This document shows positions 19,122-28,900 of a stretch of DNA of 35,879 nt, piece by piece. The stretch is from NCBI GenBank assembly GCA_031459625.1, contig JAVKIH010000024.1:1-35879 (forward strand), given 5' to 3'. A program made the translations under genes and the position numbers. The DNA is from Candidatus Geohabitans tengchongensis (GTDB lineage: Bacteria > Sysuimicrobiota > Sysuimicrobiia > Sysuimicrobiales > Humicultoraceae). The stretch's first letter is position 1. Each line of letters starts with the position of its first letter. The notes under the pieces are model-generated. The model searched no databases. It worked only from the letters and a program-made list of their open reading frames with translations, and was not told the origin of the DNA.

Positions 19122-19610
19122 CGGCAGGTGGGGGTTGGCACCGGCCAGGAAGGCCGCGATCTCGTCGGCGTTGCGGCCGGCGCGGTCGTCGGCGGCTTTC
19201 CGGCGGGCCTCACTGCCGGCCAGCGTGGCCGAGAGCCGGTCCTGCACGGCCTGGACGTGGCCGGTGAAGAGAGTGCCGAACTTCGCCGCCGCATCGGTGC
19301 CGTAGAAGGGGGCGATGGCCTGGCCGATGGCGCGGGCGTTCTGCAGGGCCCGCTCCTCCGCGACGCGGGCCGCCGCGCGCTCTCCCAGGCGGGTGGCCAC
19401 GACAGAGGCGCGCGACCAGACGATGTGGTCGACGAGCAGCCCGCGCAGGGCCATGCGCAGCTCCGCCACCGTCAGCGTCTCGGGCGCCGCGCGGACCGGC
19501 GCCGGTACCGTGGTGACCGCCACCACGGCCGCAGCCGCGAGCAGGGCGGTGGCGGCCAGCGCGATGGTCATGCTCCTCGAGCGGACGAGCCTCAGCACGT
19601 GCGTCCCCAT
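19122..19610 (-). pseudogene. Exported His-containing helical protein, apparently C-terminally truncated
   Basis: AGGAGGAGG RBS and signal peptide; DHIVWSR, PFYG, TGHVQAV, NADEIAAFLAGANPHLP; then non-coding-like sequence with no stop before the next gene. Confidence 0.6.
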
Positions 19611-19676
19611 GGCGTTCCTCCTCCTGTTGCCGGATTCCCCGCTGGTCGGCCCCAGGCGGCGGAGCGCCGCACCGAC

Positions 19677-20549
19677 TCAGTGCGCCCGACCCTCACCTCC
19701 TTTCCGACCCTGCCGCGCATCCTGCAGGGCGCGGCGCAGGTGCCGCAGCCAGGCGCCGGCCGCCGGCAGACGCCGGGCGGCCTCGGGCCGGTCCATCTGC
19801 GCCGGAGGGACGCCCAGCGCGTCGAGCGTCCGTCCCAGCGCCACGCTGTAGCGCAAGTACCAGGTGACGAGGTCCACCAGGACACGGTGGCGGCTGCGCA
19901 CCGCACCGGCCTGGTCGGGATGGGCGCCGATCTCGGCCCCGAAGACCTCCGCGCCGTCGCTGACGAGAACGAGCCACCGCCCGGCGCGCTCGGGCGGCAC
20001 CCGGTACCGGTGGAGGGTCCCCACGCACCCACCGCACGGCTCCGGGCAGGCCTCCAGACAGAGCGTGGTGACGCGCACCCCCCGCCGGCGCGCCGCCGCC
20101 AGCGCACCGGCCAGCGCCCGGGCCTCGGCGGGGGTGAGGGCGATCCACAGCACGCGCCTGGTGGCCTCCACCTGCGCCCTGGCCTGCTCGAGGATCCGGT
20201 CGTAGCCGCGCACGTTCCAGGCCACGTCCTCAGACCGGGCGGGGCGGACGCGGGTCAGCGCGCGGCGCGCCTCCACGGCGTGGCGCTGGAAGGCGGCTGC
20301 GAGCCGGCCGATCAGCTCGGTCGGCGGGACGGGGGCGTATTGCACCCCCTCAGGGGTCTGCAGGCGGCGGACGGCCCCCCGGGACTCAAGACGGGCCAGG
20401 ACGGTGTAGACGTTCGGGCGGGGAATGGCGCTGGCCCGGGCGACCTCGTACCCCGTGGCGGGGCTGTGCCGGAGGAGGGTGACGTAGACTCGGGCCTCGT
20501 ACGGGCTGAACCCCAGGGCCTCCAGGTGCCGTTCCGGGTGGGCCGCCAT
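19677..20549 (-). CDS. TrmB family transcriptional regulator with Cys cluster
   Basis: LGFSPYEARVYVTLL, TGYEVARASAIPRPNVY wHTH; CLEACPEPCGGC in the effector domain. Confidence 0.88.
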   Translation of the reverse strand: MAAHPERHLEALGFSPYEARVYVTLLRHSPATGYEVARASAIPRPNVYTVLARLESRGAVRRLQTPEGVQYAPVPPTELIGRLAAAFQRHAVEARRALTRVRPARSEDVAWNVRGYDRILEQARAQVEATRRVLWIALTPAEARALAGALAAARRRGVRVTTLCLEACPEPCGGCVGTLHRYRVPPERAGRWLVLVSDGAEVFGAEIGAHPDQAGAVRSRHRVLVDLVTWYLRYSVALGRTLDALGVPPAQMDRPEAARRLPAAGAWLRHLRRALQDARQGRKGGEGRAH

Positions 20550-20570
20550 CGACCGCCCCCAGGGTAATGG

Positions 20571-20592
20571 AGTAGTTATGAAAGCAACTACT
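20571..20592. promoter_or_regulatory. Palindromic operator AGTAGTT-N8-AACTACT
   Basis: Perfect 7-bp inverted repeat in an AT-rich patch 21 nt upstream of the TrmB ATG. Confidence 0.7.
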
Positions 20593-20712
20593 ATGCTGCC
20601 GCCCCGGGGCACCCCTGTCAACGCCCCCGTCGGCGCCCGCCTTCCGAGGCCCGGGCAGGCGCCCGCCCCGGCGGGTGCGGGGCCCGGGGACCGCTCAGCC
20701 CGGGGGTGAGGG

Positions 20713-21303
20713 TCAACCTGCCTCGAAGGGTCGGCCCACGGCCAGCACGCGGCGCAGGGGCGCTTCCAGGCTGTGGTAGTGGGGGTCGGGCTCGGCGCCG
20801 ACGGCGTCCAGGACCTTGCTGAAGAAGCTGCGGACCGAGGCGGCCAGCGCGATGTCCAGGATCTCCTCGTCGGTGAAGCCGTGGCGGCGCAGCGTCTCGA
20901 TGTCCTCGGGCGTCACCCGCCAGGCGTGCAGGGCGATCTTCTCCGCGTAGGCCATCATCGCCACCTCCTCCGGCGGCAGCCCCGCCGTGCGGTAGTTGCG
21001 GGCGATGGCCTCCACCTGCTCGGCGCTGAAGAGTTGGGCACGGAGCACCGCTCCGTGAGCGACCATTCAGTAGGTACAGCGCAGGGCGCGGGCCGCGGCG
21101 ATGGTGACCAGCTCGTACCGCCGCAGGTCCATGTGCGCGCGGATGGCGTCCCGCAGCGCCCGCCACGCGGCGATGACCTCCGGTCGCAGGCTGAGGGCCT
21201 GCGTGGAGTGGGCCGCCGCCCCGTCCCGACGGCGGTCCTCCTCGTACAGGTCGCGCAGCAGCCCGGTCGCCTCCTCGGGGGGCACGGTGCGGATGAAGGC
21301 CAT
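20713..21303 (-). CDS. AhpD/carboxymuconolactone decarboxylase-like peroxidase-related protein, probable selenoprotein (CxxU), 196 aa
   Basis: GGAGGTG RBS and ATG at 21303. ORFs 21067..21312 and 20713..21066 are in one frame, separated only by TGA: RRYELVTIAAARALRCTY-U-MVAHG...LRRHGFTDEEILDI. SECIS-like hairpin downstream. Confidence 0.85.
21039..21057 (-). promoter_or_regulatory. Putative bacterial SECIS element
   Basis: mRNA: UGA AUGGUCGCU CACGGAGC GGU GCUCCGUG; perfect 8-bp stem with a GGU loop starting 17 nt after the UGA. Confidence 0.75.
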
Positions 21304-21357
21304 GACGTTCACCTCCGGGGTGGAGTTGGGAGCGACGGTGCGGGCCGGGGAAGGCCG

Positions 21358-24300
21358 TCAGTGCGCCGCGATCCCGAGCAGCGTCTCCGCCTGCCGTCCG
21401 AGCGGCCCCGCCCGCAGCTGGGCGCGCACGGCGTCGTCGGCCATGGCCGCGGCCACCGCCTCGACCCGCGCCCGCGCCTGCGCAGCCTGCGCGCGGGCGC
21501 CGGTGCCGTCCCCCCGGGCGGCCAGCACCGCACCGCGCGCCAGCGCCGCCTCCGCCTCCAAGAGCCGGAAGCCCAGTCCGCGGAGCACGCCGTCGACGCG
21601 GTCGAGATGGCCCACCGCGGGCCCGAACCGCCCGCCCGCCGTACAGCAGGCAGCCAGCGCGATCCCCGCATGGGCGGCCGCCGCGGGCAGCCACCCGGAC
21701 GGGATCTGCGCCAGGACGGCCCGCGCCAGCGCCTCCGCCCGGCCGACGTCGTCCGCCAGCGCCAGCGCGTGGGCCACGTCGGCGGCGGCGATCAACGTGC
21801 TGGGTGAGACGATGGGCTGACCCACCGCCTCGACCACCTCGTCCACGAACGGCGAGTCCCGCTCCCCGCGCTCCACGGCCAGCAGCGCGTGCGCCGCGGC
21901 CAGGGTGGGCCGGTGGACGTCGCCCGGGCGCAACGCGCCGGGCGGGAACTCGTCGACCAGGACCAGCACCGGCCGCAGGTCGCCCAGCGTCCGGTGGAGC
22001 TGAACGCAGTTGAAGAACGTCACGGGGTTGGTGTAGCCGATCTCGCGTGAGAGCTGCAGGGAGGTCTCCAGGTGGCGCGCCGCCGCCTCCAGGCAGGCCA
22101 GGCCGAGCTCGGCCATCCCGCTGAACTGGGCGATCCACATCCGCCGCCGACGGTCGCCGATCTCCTCGGCCAGGCGGTCGGCCTCCTCCAGCGCCGCCAG
22201 CGCCTCCACCGCGCGGCCGCCCAGCCACAGGTAGAGCCCCCGGTAGCTGCGCGCGGTGGCCTCGCGGGCCCGGTCCCCGCCCGCCCGGGCCTCGCCGATC
22301 CCGCGCTCCGTGAGGTCGAGGGCGCCGGGCAGGTCGCGCACCAACCAGCGGACCGTGGAGAGGAGGTTCAGGACGCCCGCCACCGCCCCATGGTCCCCGA
22401 GCGCCTCGAAGATCGGCAGGGCGGTACGGGCCAGCTGCTCCGCCTCACCGGGACGGTTCTGGTCCCAATGCGCGTTGGCGGTCTCCAGCAGACACAGCCC
22501 TTCGGTGCGGCGGTCCCCCACCGTGGCGGCCAGGCGGCGGGCCTCCTCGTAGCCGGCGATGATCTCCGGGATCGGGACGCGCCGGCGCCGGTGGTCCAGC
22601 CGGACCTGCTCGAAGCGCAGCGCCGGCTCCACCTCCCGGCCGCCTGCCGTCTGCGGGAGGAGGCGCAGGGTCTCGGCGATGTCCGCCTCCGCGCCGTCGT
22701 ACTCCCCCAGCAGCTGGCGGGCCTCGGCGCGGTGGCGCAGCAGGCGCAGGCGGAGGTCCGGAGCGAGGTCGACCCCCAGCGCCAGGGCCCGGGTGTAGGC
22801 GTCGGCGGCGCGCCGGTTGGCGAAGAGCCGGCGGGCCCGGTCCCCGGCCCGCACCAGGTACTCCAGCGCCCGGGCCGGTTCGCGGGCGCTCGTCCAGTGG
22901 TAGGCCAGCAGGTCGAGGAGCTCCTCGGTGCGCCCGGCGGCGGTGCGCTCCACCCAGGTCGCTACCTGCGCATGGGTGCGCGCCCGCACCGCCCGGGGCA
23001 GGGTGGCGTAGGCGACCTCGCGCGTCAGGATGTGCTTGAAGATGAACTCCCGGTCGCCGGCCAGCGTCGACTCCGCCCGCTCCCGGATCAGATCGCGCCC
23101 CTCCAGCCGGTCGAGGATCCCCGCGAGCGGCACCGTCTCCTCCACCAGGGCCCGCAGCGTCCCCATCCAGAAGATGCGCCCCACGACCGCGGCCTGCTGC
23201 AGGACGCGCTTCTCGTCGTCCGGCAGGCGGTCGAGCCGGGCGGCGATCACGCCCTGCACCGTGTCGGGCAGGGGGAGGTCGTCCAGCGCCCGACCGACCT
23301 GCCACCGGTCCCCCTCGGCGGTCAGCACGTCCTGCTCGACCAGCAGCCGCACCATCTCTTCCATGAAGAAGGGGTTCCCCTCCGCCGCGTCGGCGATGCG
23401 GGCGGCCAGGCGCTCGGGCAGCGTCGGGGCCCCCGGCAGGAGGGCGGCGAGGAGGCGGCGGGCCTCGGTGGCGTCCAGCGGGCTGAGGTCGATGCGGGTG
23501 GCGTCGCGGGCGGTCCCGCCCCAGTGGGGGCGCCGCTCCAGCAGCTCCGGACGGGCCGCTGCCAGGATGAGCACTGGGACCTCCTGCAGGCGGGAGGCGG
23601 TGTAGTCCTGGAGGTCCAGCAACCCCTCGTCGCCCCAGTGGAGGTCCTCCACCACGAGCACGAGCGGCCGCTGCCGCGCCCGCGCCTCCAGGTAGCGGCG
23701 CCAGGAGAGGAACGCCTCCTCGCGCGCGCTGCGGGGGTCGTAGGCGGCGACGGCCGAGCCCGGAAAGACCAGCCCGATGAGGAAGCCCAGCGCCGCCGCC
23801 ACCGTGTCGGCCTCGTCGGGGAGGCGCTGCGCCACGGCCGCGCGCAGCTTCTCCCGCGCCGCGTCCTCGGGGTCGTCGTCCCGGATCTGCGCGTCCTGCT
23901 TGAGGATCTCGGCCACCGCCCAGAAGGCCAGCCCCTCCCCGTAGGGGAGGCAGCGCCCCGTGCCGATGGCCGGCGTTTCCGGCAGGGCGCGCAGCAGCCC
24001 CACGAACTCCTGCTGCAGCCGCGACTTCCCCACGCCGGCGGGCCCGAGGACCGTGACCAGGTGGGCGCGACGCTCCGTCACCACCCGGTCGTACAGGCGC
24101 AGCAGGAGGTCGAGCTCGCCGGTGCGCCCGATCAGCGGGGCACGCCGCCCCGCCGGCGCGCCGGGACGCGTCCGCAGCCCCACGACCTCCCAGGCCGGGA
24201 CCGGCCGCTCCTTGCCCTTCAACGCCAGCGGCCCCAGCGGCTCGGTACGGGCGCCCATGAGGATGGCCCCCGGACGGCCGTACTGCTGGAGCCGGGCCGC

Positions 24301-24789
24301 CACGTTCACGGCGTCCGCCGCCAGGTGGAACTCGCCGAGCCCGCCGCCGCGCGGGTCGGCCACCACCTCGCCGGTGTTGATGCCGATGCGCATGGCCAGG
24401 GTCGGGGCGCCCTCGGCGGCCAGTTGCTCGTTCAGCCGCGCCAGCGCTCCGCGCATGGCCAGGGCCGCCCGCACCGCCCGCAGCGCATCGTCCTCGTGCA
24501 CCTCGGGCAGCCCGAAGATGGCCAGCGCGGCATCGCCCACGTACTTCTCCACCGTCCCACCGAAGCGCCTCGCCTCCGCGGCCACCATGCCGTAGAAGCG
24601 GGAGACGACCGCGCGCAGGTCCTCGGGGTCGAGGGCGTCGGCCAGTCCGGTGAACCCGGCCAGGTCGGCGAAGAGGACCGTCACCAGGCGGCGCTCCTCG
24701 CCGGCCTCGGCGCCAGGCAGGAGCGTGCCGCACTGCCCGCAGAATCGCATCCCTGCCGGGTTCTCAAAGGCGCAGGTCGGGCAGCGCAT
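21358..24789 (-). CDS. Zinc ribbon + class III adenylate/guanylate cyclase + STAND/AAA ATPase + TPR protein
   Basis: CPTC...FCGQCG; FADLAGFT, KYVGDA, RIGINTG, DAVNVAARLQ; GPAGVGKS, LVVEDLHW, EGNPFF, FKHILTREVAY; helical repeats. Confidence 0.92.
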   Translation of the reverse strand: MRCPTCAFENPAGMRFCGQCGTLLPGAEAGEERRLVTVLFADLAGFTGLADALDPEDLRAVVSRFYGMVAAEARRFGGTVEKYVGDAALAIFGLPEVHEDDALRAVRAALAMRGALARLNEQLAAEGAPTLAMRIGINTGEVVADPRGGGLGEFHLAADAVNVAARLQQYGRPGAILMGARTEPLGPLALKGKERPVPAWEVVGLRTRPGAPAGRRAPLIGRTGELDLLLRLYDRVVTERRAHLVTVLGPAGVGKSRLQQEFVGLLRALPETPAIGTGRCLPYGEGLAFWAVAEILKQDAQIRDDDPEDAAREKLRAAVAQRLPDEADTVAAALGFLIGLVFPGSAVAAYDPRSAREEAFLSWRRYLEARARQRPLVLVVEDLHWGDEGLLDLQDYTASRLQEVPVLILAAARPELLERRPHWGGTARDATRIDLSPLDATEARRLLAALLPGAPTLPERLAARIADAAEGNPFFMEEMVRLLVEQDVLTAEGDRWQVGRALDDLPLPDTVQGVIAARLDRLPDDEKRVLQQAAVVGRIFWMGTLRALVEETVPLAGILDRLEGRDLIRERAESTLAGDREFIFKHILTREVAYATLPRAVRARTHAQVATWVERTAAGRTEELLDLLAYHWTSAREPARALEYLVRAGDRARRLFANRRAADAYTRALALGVDLAPDLRLRLLRHRAEARQLLGEYDGAEADIAETLRLLPQTAGGREVEPALRFEQVRLDHRRRRVPIPEIIAGYEEARRLAATVGDRRTEGLCLLETANAHWDQNRPGEAEQLARTALPIFEALGDHGAVAGVLNLLSTVRWLVRDLPGALDLTERGIGEARAGGDRAREATARSYRGLYLWLGGRAVEALAALEEADRLAEEIGDRRRRMWIAQFSGMAELGLACLEAAARHLETSLQLSREIGYTNPVTFFNCVQLHRTLGDLRPVLVLVDEFPPGALRPGDVHRPTLAAAHALLAVERGERDSPFVDEVVEAVGQPIVSPSTLIAAADVAHALALADDVGRAEALARAVLAQIPSGWLPAAAAHAGIALAACCTAGGRFGPAVGHLDRVDGVLRGLGFRLLEAEAALARGAVLAARGDGTGARAQAAQARARVEAVAAAMADDAVRAQLRAGPLGRQAETLLGIAAH

Positions 24790-24892
24790 GGGTGTTTCCC
24801 TGCTTTACACGCCGGGAGGGCATTCCCCTCCCCTCTGCGCTGCCCTGCGACGGCGACGGCCCCGAGGTCAGGGCACGGGAGGTCGGCGTGAG

Positions 24893-24958
24893 ATGGCTCA
24901 GGTGGCGCGCTGGACCCTGCTGCTCGCGCTCGTCATCTTGATCGTGCTGATCGGGTGA
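24893..24958 (+). CDS. Possible 21-aa hydrophobic small protein MAQVARWTLLLALVILIVLIG
   Basis: GGGAGGT upstream, GC3-rich codons, one transmembrane- or signal-like segment in intergenic space. Confidence 0.45.
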   Translation: MAQVARWTLLLALVILIVLIG

Positions 24959-25022
24959 ACGGCGGACCCGGGCGCCTGGTGCGCCGGTCCGAGTCCGCAG
25001 ACCCCCGACTCGGCCCCGCCGG

Positions 25023-25997
25023 TCAGCCCCGCGGCAGCAGCAGCACCTTCCCCTTCGTCTGGCGCCCTTCCAGGTAGCGGTGCGCCTCGGCCGCCGCCTC
25101 GAGCGGCCAGACCCGGTCGATGCGCACCCGCACCTCGCCCCGGACGATCCACTCGAAGAGCTCCCGGCTGCGCCACAGCAGCTCCTCCCGGGTGGCGATG
25201 TAGTGGCCCAGGCTGGGGCGGGTGAGGAAGAGCGACCCCTTGGCGTTGAGGATCTGCGGGTCGATGGCCGGCGCCGGTCCGCTGGCCTGGCCGAAGAGGA
25301 CCAGGTAACCGCGCGGCCGCAGGCAGTCGAGGCTGCGCAGGAAGGTGGCCTGCCCCACCGAGTCGTAGACCACGTGCACCCCCGCGCCGCCCGTGCGCTC
25401 CCGCACCGCCGCCACGAAGTCCTCCTCCGTGTAGCGGATGACCGCGTGCGCGCCCGCCTCTCGGGCCACCTGAGCTTTCTCCTCGGTGGAGACCGTCCCG
25501 AAGACGGTGGCCCCGCGCCGCACCGCCGCCTGCACCAGGAGCGCCCCGGTGCCGCCCGCGGCGGCGTGCACCAGCGCCGTTTCGCCCTCCCGCAGAGGGT
25601 AGGTGCTGGTGGTCAGGTAGTGGGCGGTCAGGCCCTGGAGCAGGGCGGCGGCCGCGGTGCGCAGCTCCACCTCCGGCGGCACGGGGACGAGGCGCCAGGC
25701 CGGCACCACGGCGTACTCGGCATAGGCGCCCAGCGTCATGGCGTAGGCCACCCGGTCCCCCACGCGCACCTCCTCCACGCCGGGCCCCACCGCGTCCACC
25801 ACGCCGGCGCCTTCCGAGCCCACGGTGAACGGCGCCTGAGCCCGGTAGACGCCGCTGCGGTAGTAGATGTCGAGGAAGTTCACGCCGACGGCCTCGAGGC
25901 GCACGCGGGCCTGGCCTTCGCCCGGCTCAGGGACCGGCACGTCCTCCACGCGCAGCGCCTCCACCGACCCCGGTTCGTGCACCCGCACCGCCTTCAC
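25023..25997 (-). CDS. qor: NADPH:quinone oxidoreductase (zeta-crystallin/MDR family)
   Basis: GTG at 25997; [47 protein letters not shown]. Confidence 0.9.
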   Translation of the reverse strand: MKAVRVHEPGSVEALRVEDVPVPEPGEGQARVRLEAVGVNFLDIYYRSGVYRAQAPFTVGSEGAGVVDAVGPGVEEVRVGDRVAYAMTLGAYAEYAVVPAWRLVPVPPEVELRTAAAALLQGLTAHYLTTSTYPLREGETALVHAAAGGTGALLVQAAVRRGATVFGTVSTEEKAQVAREAGAHAVIRYTEEDFVAAVRERTGGAGVHVVYDSVGQATFLRSLDCLRPRGYLVLFGQASGPAPAIDPQILNAKGSLFLTRPSLGHYIATREELLWRSRELFEWIVRGEVRVRIDRVWPLEAAAEAHRYLEGRQTKGKVLLLPRG

Positions 25998-28900
25998 GTC
26001 CCCACCTCCTGTCGCCCGACCTGCCAGCGCAGCTCCACGACCGTGCCACGCGGCCCGGCCCGGGTCACCACCTCGTCCGCCAGGCCGCGCATGATCAGCG
26101 CCCCGCGCCCCCGTCCCCGCTCCACGGGAGCGCGCCACTGCCCCTGGTCCGCGACGAGCACGGTCAGCGCCTCCCCCTGCCACTCCCCGCGCACGGTCAC
26201 CACGCCCGGCTGCCCGCTGTAGGCGTGCTCCACGACGTTGAGCACGGCCTCGCCCACCGCCAGGACGATGGGCGTGGCCAGGTGCGGCGCGCCGACGCGC
26301 TCGGCGAAGGTGCGCACCGCCCGGCGGATGCGCCGCAGGTTCTCCGGCACGGCCGGCAGGGTGAGGACCAGCGGCGCCTCCGGGGGGAGCGCGTCCAGGA
26401 CCAGCAGGGCGAGGTCGTCCTGCTGCGGCCCGCCAGCCAGCACCTGGTCCACCAGACGGGTCACCGCCAGGCCGGGCTCGACGGCGCGGGCCTCCGCCAT
26501 CGCCTCCAGCAGCCGCCGCTCCCCTTCCACGATGTCGCGGGTGGCCTCGACCAGCCCGTCGGTGTAGGCGACGAGCCGGCACCCCGGCGGGAAGGGCACG
26601 CGCTCCTCGGTGCAGGCCAGCCCCGTGAAGATGCCGAGCGGCGGGCCCGAGGAGTGGAGCAGCCTGGCCTCCCCGTTCGTCTGGAGCACCGCCGGCGGGT
26701 GACCGCCGCCGCTGTAGACGAGCTCCCCACGGTAGATGTCCACCAGGGCCAGCCACATGGAGAGGTGCAGCCCGCCGGGGATCTGGTAGAGGAGGTCGTT
26801 CACCACCCGCAGGATCTCGGCGGGGGAGCGCCCCTCCAGGGCGTAGGCGCGAGCGACGTGGCGCACCTGCCCCATGGTGGCCGCCGCCGGCGGGCCGTGC
26901 CCGGCCACGTCCCCGATGCCCACCAGCAGCCGGTCGTCGGGAAGGAGGAAGGCATCGTACCAGTCGCCGCCGATGCGCGCCTCCGGGTCGGCCGGCCGGT
27001 AGACCGCCGCCACGGCGGTGAAGGGCGGCTGGGGCAGGTCGGCCGGCAGCAGGGCCCGCTGCAGGGTCTCCGCCAGCTGGCCGGCCAGGCGGCGCGTCTC
27101 CTCGAAGAGCTGGCGGCGCGAGAGGACGACGGCGAGCTGGTCGGCCACCGGCTGGGCCAATCGCACGTGCTCGGCGGTGTAGGCGCCTGGCTCGGCGTGC
27201 CCGAAGTTGAGGGTGCCGATCACCCGCCCCTCGGTCGCCAGCGGCAGGACCAGGTAGGCGCGGATCCCGGCCCGGGCGAGCAGCGCGTCCTCGGCGAACT
27301 CCGCCTCCCGCCAGGTGTCATGCCGGATGAAGGGGCGCCCGTGGTCGATCACCCAGCCGCGCACGGTCCCGGCCCGCGGCCCCTCGAAGCGCTCGGGCGG
27401 GGCGGTGAGCGGCGGGCCGCTGAAGTACGGCATGCGCAGCCAGTCCCGTTCCGGGACGTAGAGGGAGACCGTCACCCGCACGAAGGGGACGAGCACGCGC
27501 AGGGCCGCGGCGAACTCGTCGAAGACCGGGCCGAGGTCGGTGGAAGCAGCGGCCAGCGCGATGATGCGGTTGAGGGCCTGGAGGCGGTGTGCCTCCTCCT
27601 CGGCACGCGCCCGGGCCCGCCGCTCCGCCTCGATGAGCCGGGCGTTGGTGATGGCCGCGCCGGCGCGGTCGGCGATGAGCAAGGAGAGGCGGAGGTCCTC
27701 CTCGTCCCAGCGCTGTCCGACCCGTCCACCCACCACCAGCAGGCCGAGCGGACGGCCGCCGCTGTAGATCGGGACCGCCATCACCACCGGGTCGTCGTCG
27801 GCCCCCTCGGGCGCATCGAGCAGGGCGCGGAGCGCGTCGCCGCGCAGGTCGCCGCGCGTCAGCACCACCGGCCGGCCCTGCTCCAGGATGCGGCGGGCCC
27901 GCAGGTGCTCGCTCAGGCGCTCTTCCCCGAACCCGCACCGCAGGGCGTCGCCCCGCTCGGCCTGGGGGTGGTAGATGGTGTCGAAGCGCAGGACCTCCTG
28001 GCCGGCGTGCACCAGGCCGATGGCGCACCACTGGCCCAGGGTCTCGGCGCAGCGGGTGGCCACGCGGTCGAGGAGGGCCGGGAGCGCCTGCTGGCGGGCG
28101 AACTCCACCATCAGGTCGGAGATGAACTGGGTGTGGCGGTCGCGGCGCCGCCGTTGCTCGGCCAGGCGACGGCGGTGCACGGCGGCGGCCAGGCGGTCGG
28201 CGACGGCCCCGGCGGCGCGCACCGCCTCGCCGTCGAAGGCCCGGGCGCTGCGGGCCGCCAGCACCAGCGCGCCCAGGGCCTCGTCGCCGAAGCGCATCGG
28301 CGCGACCAGCAGCGCGGCGCGGTCGATGGCCAGCGCCTCACCCAGCCCCACCGGCCCGCTCCCGCGGCCCAGGACCGCCGGCCCCGCCGCCCGCGTCAGC
28401 GCCTCCACGACCGCCGCATCCGTGGTGAGCGCCTGCCACGTGCGGGGGAAGAGCCCGAACCCGATCTGTGCGCCCGGCGTCAGGCGGGCCCCCTCACCCC
28501 GCAGCACCGCGGCCGTCTCGCCCAGCGCCGGGACGAGACGGCGCAACACGCCCTCCAGCGCCACCGCCTCCTCGGGCTGGCGCATCAGCAGGTCGGTGAC
28601 CTCGACCAGCAGGGCCTCGTCCTGCTCCCGTCGCCGGGCGTGGAGGAGGTCGCGGTGCAGCCGGTGCTGCACGGCGCGGTACTGGCTGCCGGCCACGGCC
28701 ACGAGCAGGAGGGTGAGGACGTAGAGCGTCTGCGGCAGCAGGTCGGCCCGCAGCTTCGCCACCACCTGCCCGGCCGGCGCCTCCAGGAAGGCGAGGGCCA
28801 GCAGCGCACTGCCCAGGGCGGCGACCACCCCCGGCATCAGCCCCGTCAGGTGCGCCACCACCAGGACGCCGGGGACGTAGAGCAAGAGGAACTCGCGGCG

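Noticed and set aside
17994..19610. 538-aa ORF as a genuine two-domain protein
   Set aside because: The linker has non-coding character and the downstream part has its own RBS and ATG; better explained as truncation with read-through.
20713..21312. Two separate small genes, or a simple pseudogene
   Set aside because: The TGA sits at the catalytic Cys column, both halves are intact and a SECIS-like hairpin follows. A pseudogene is less likely but not excluded.
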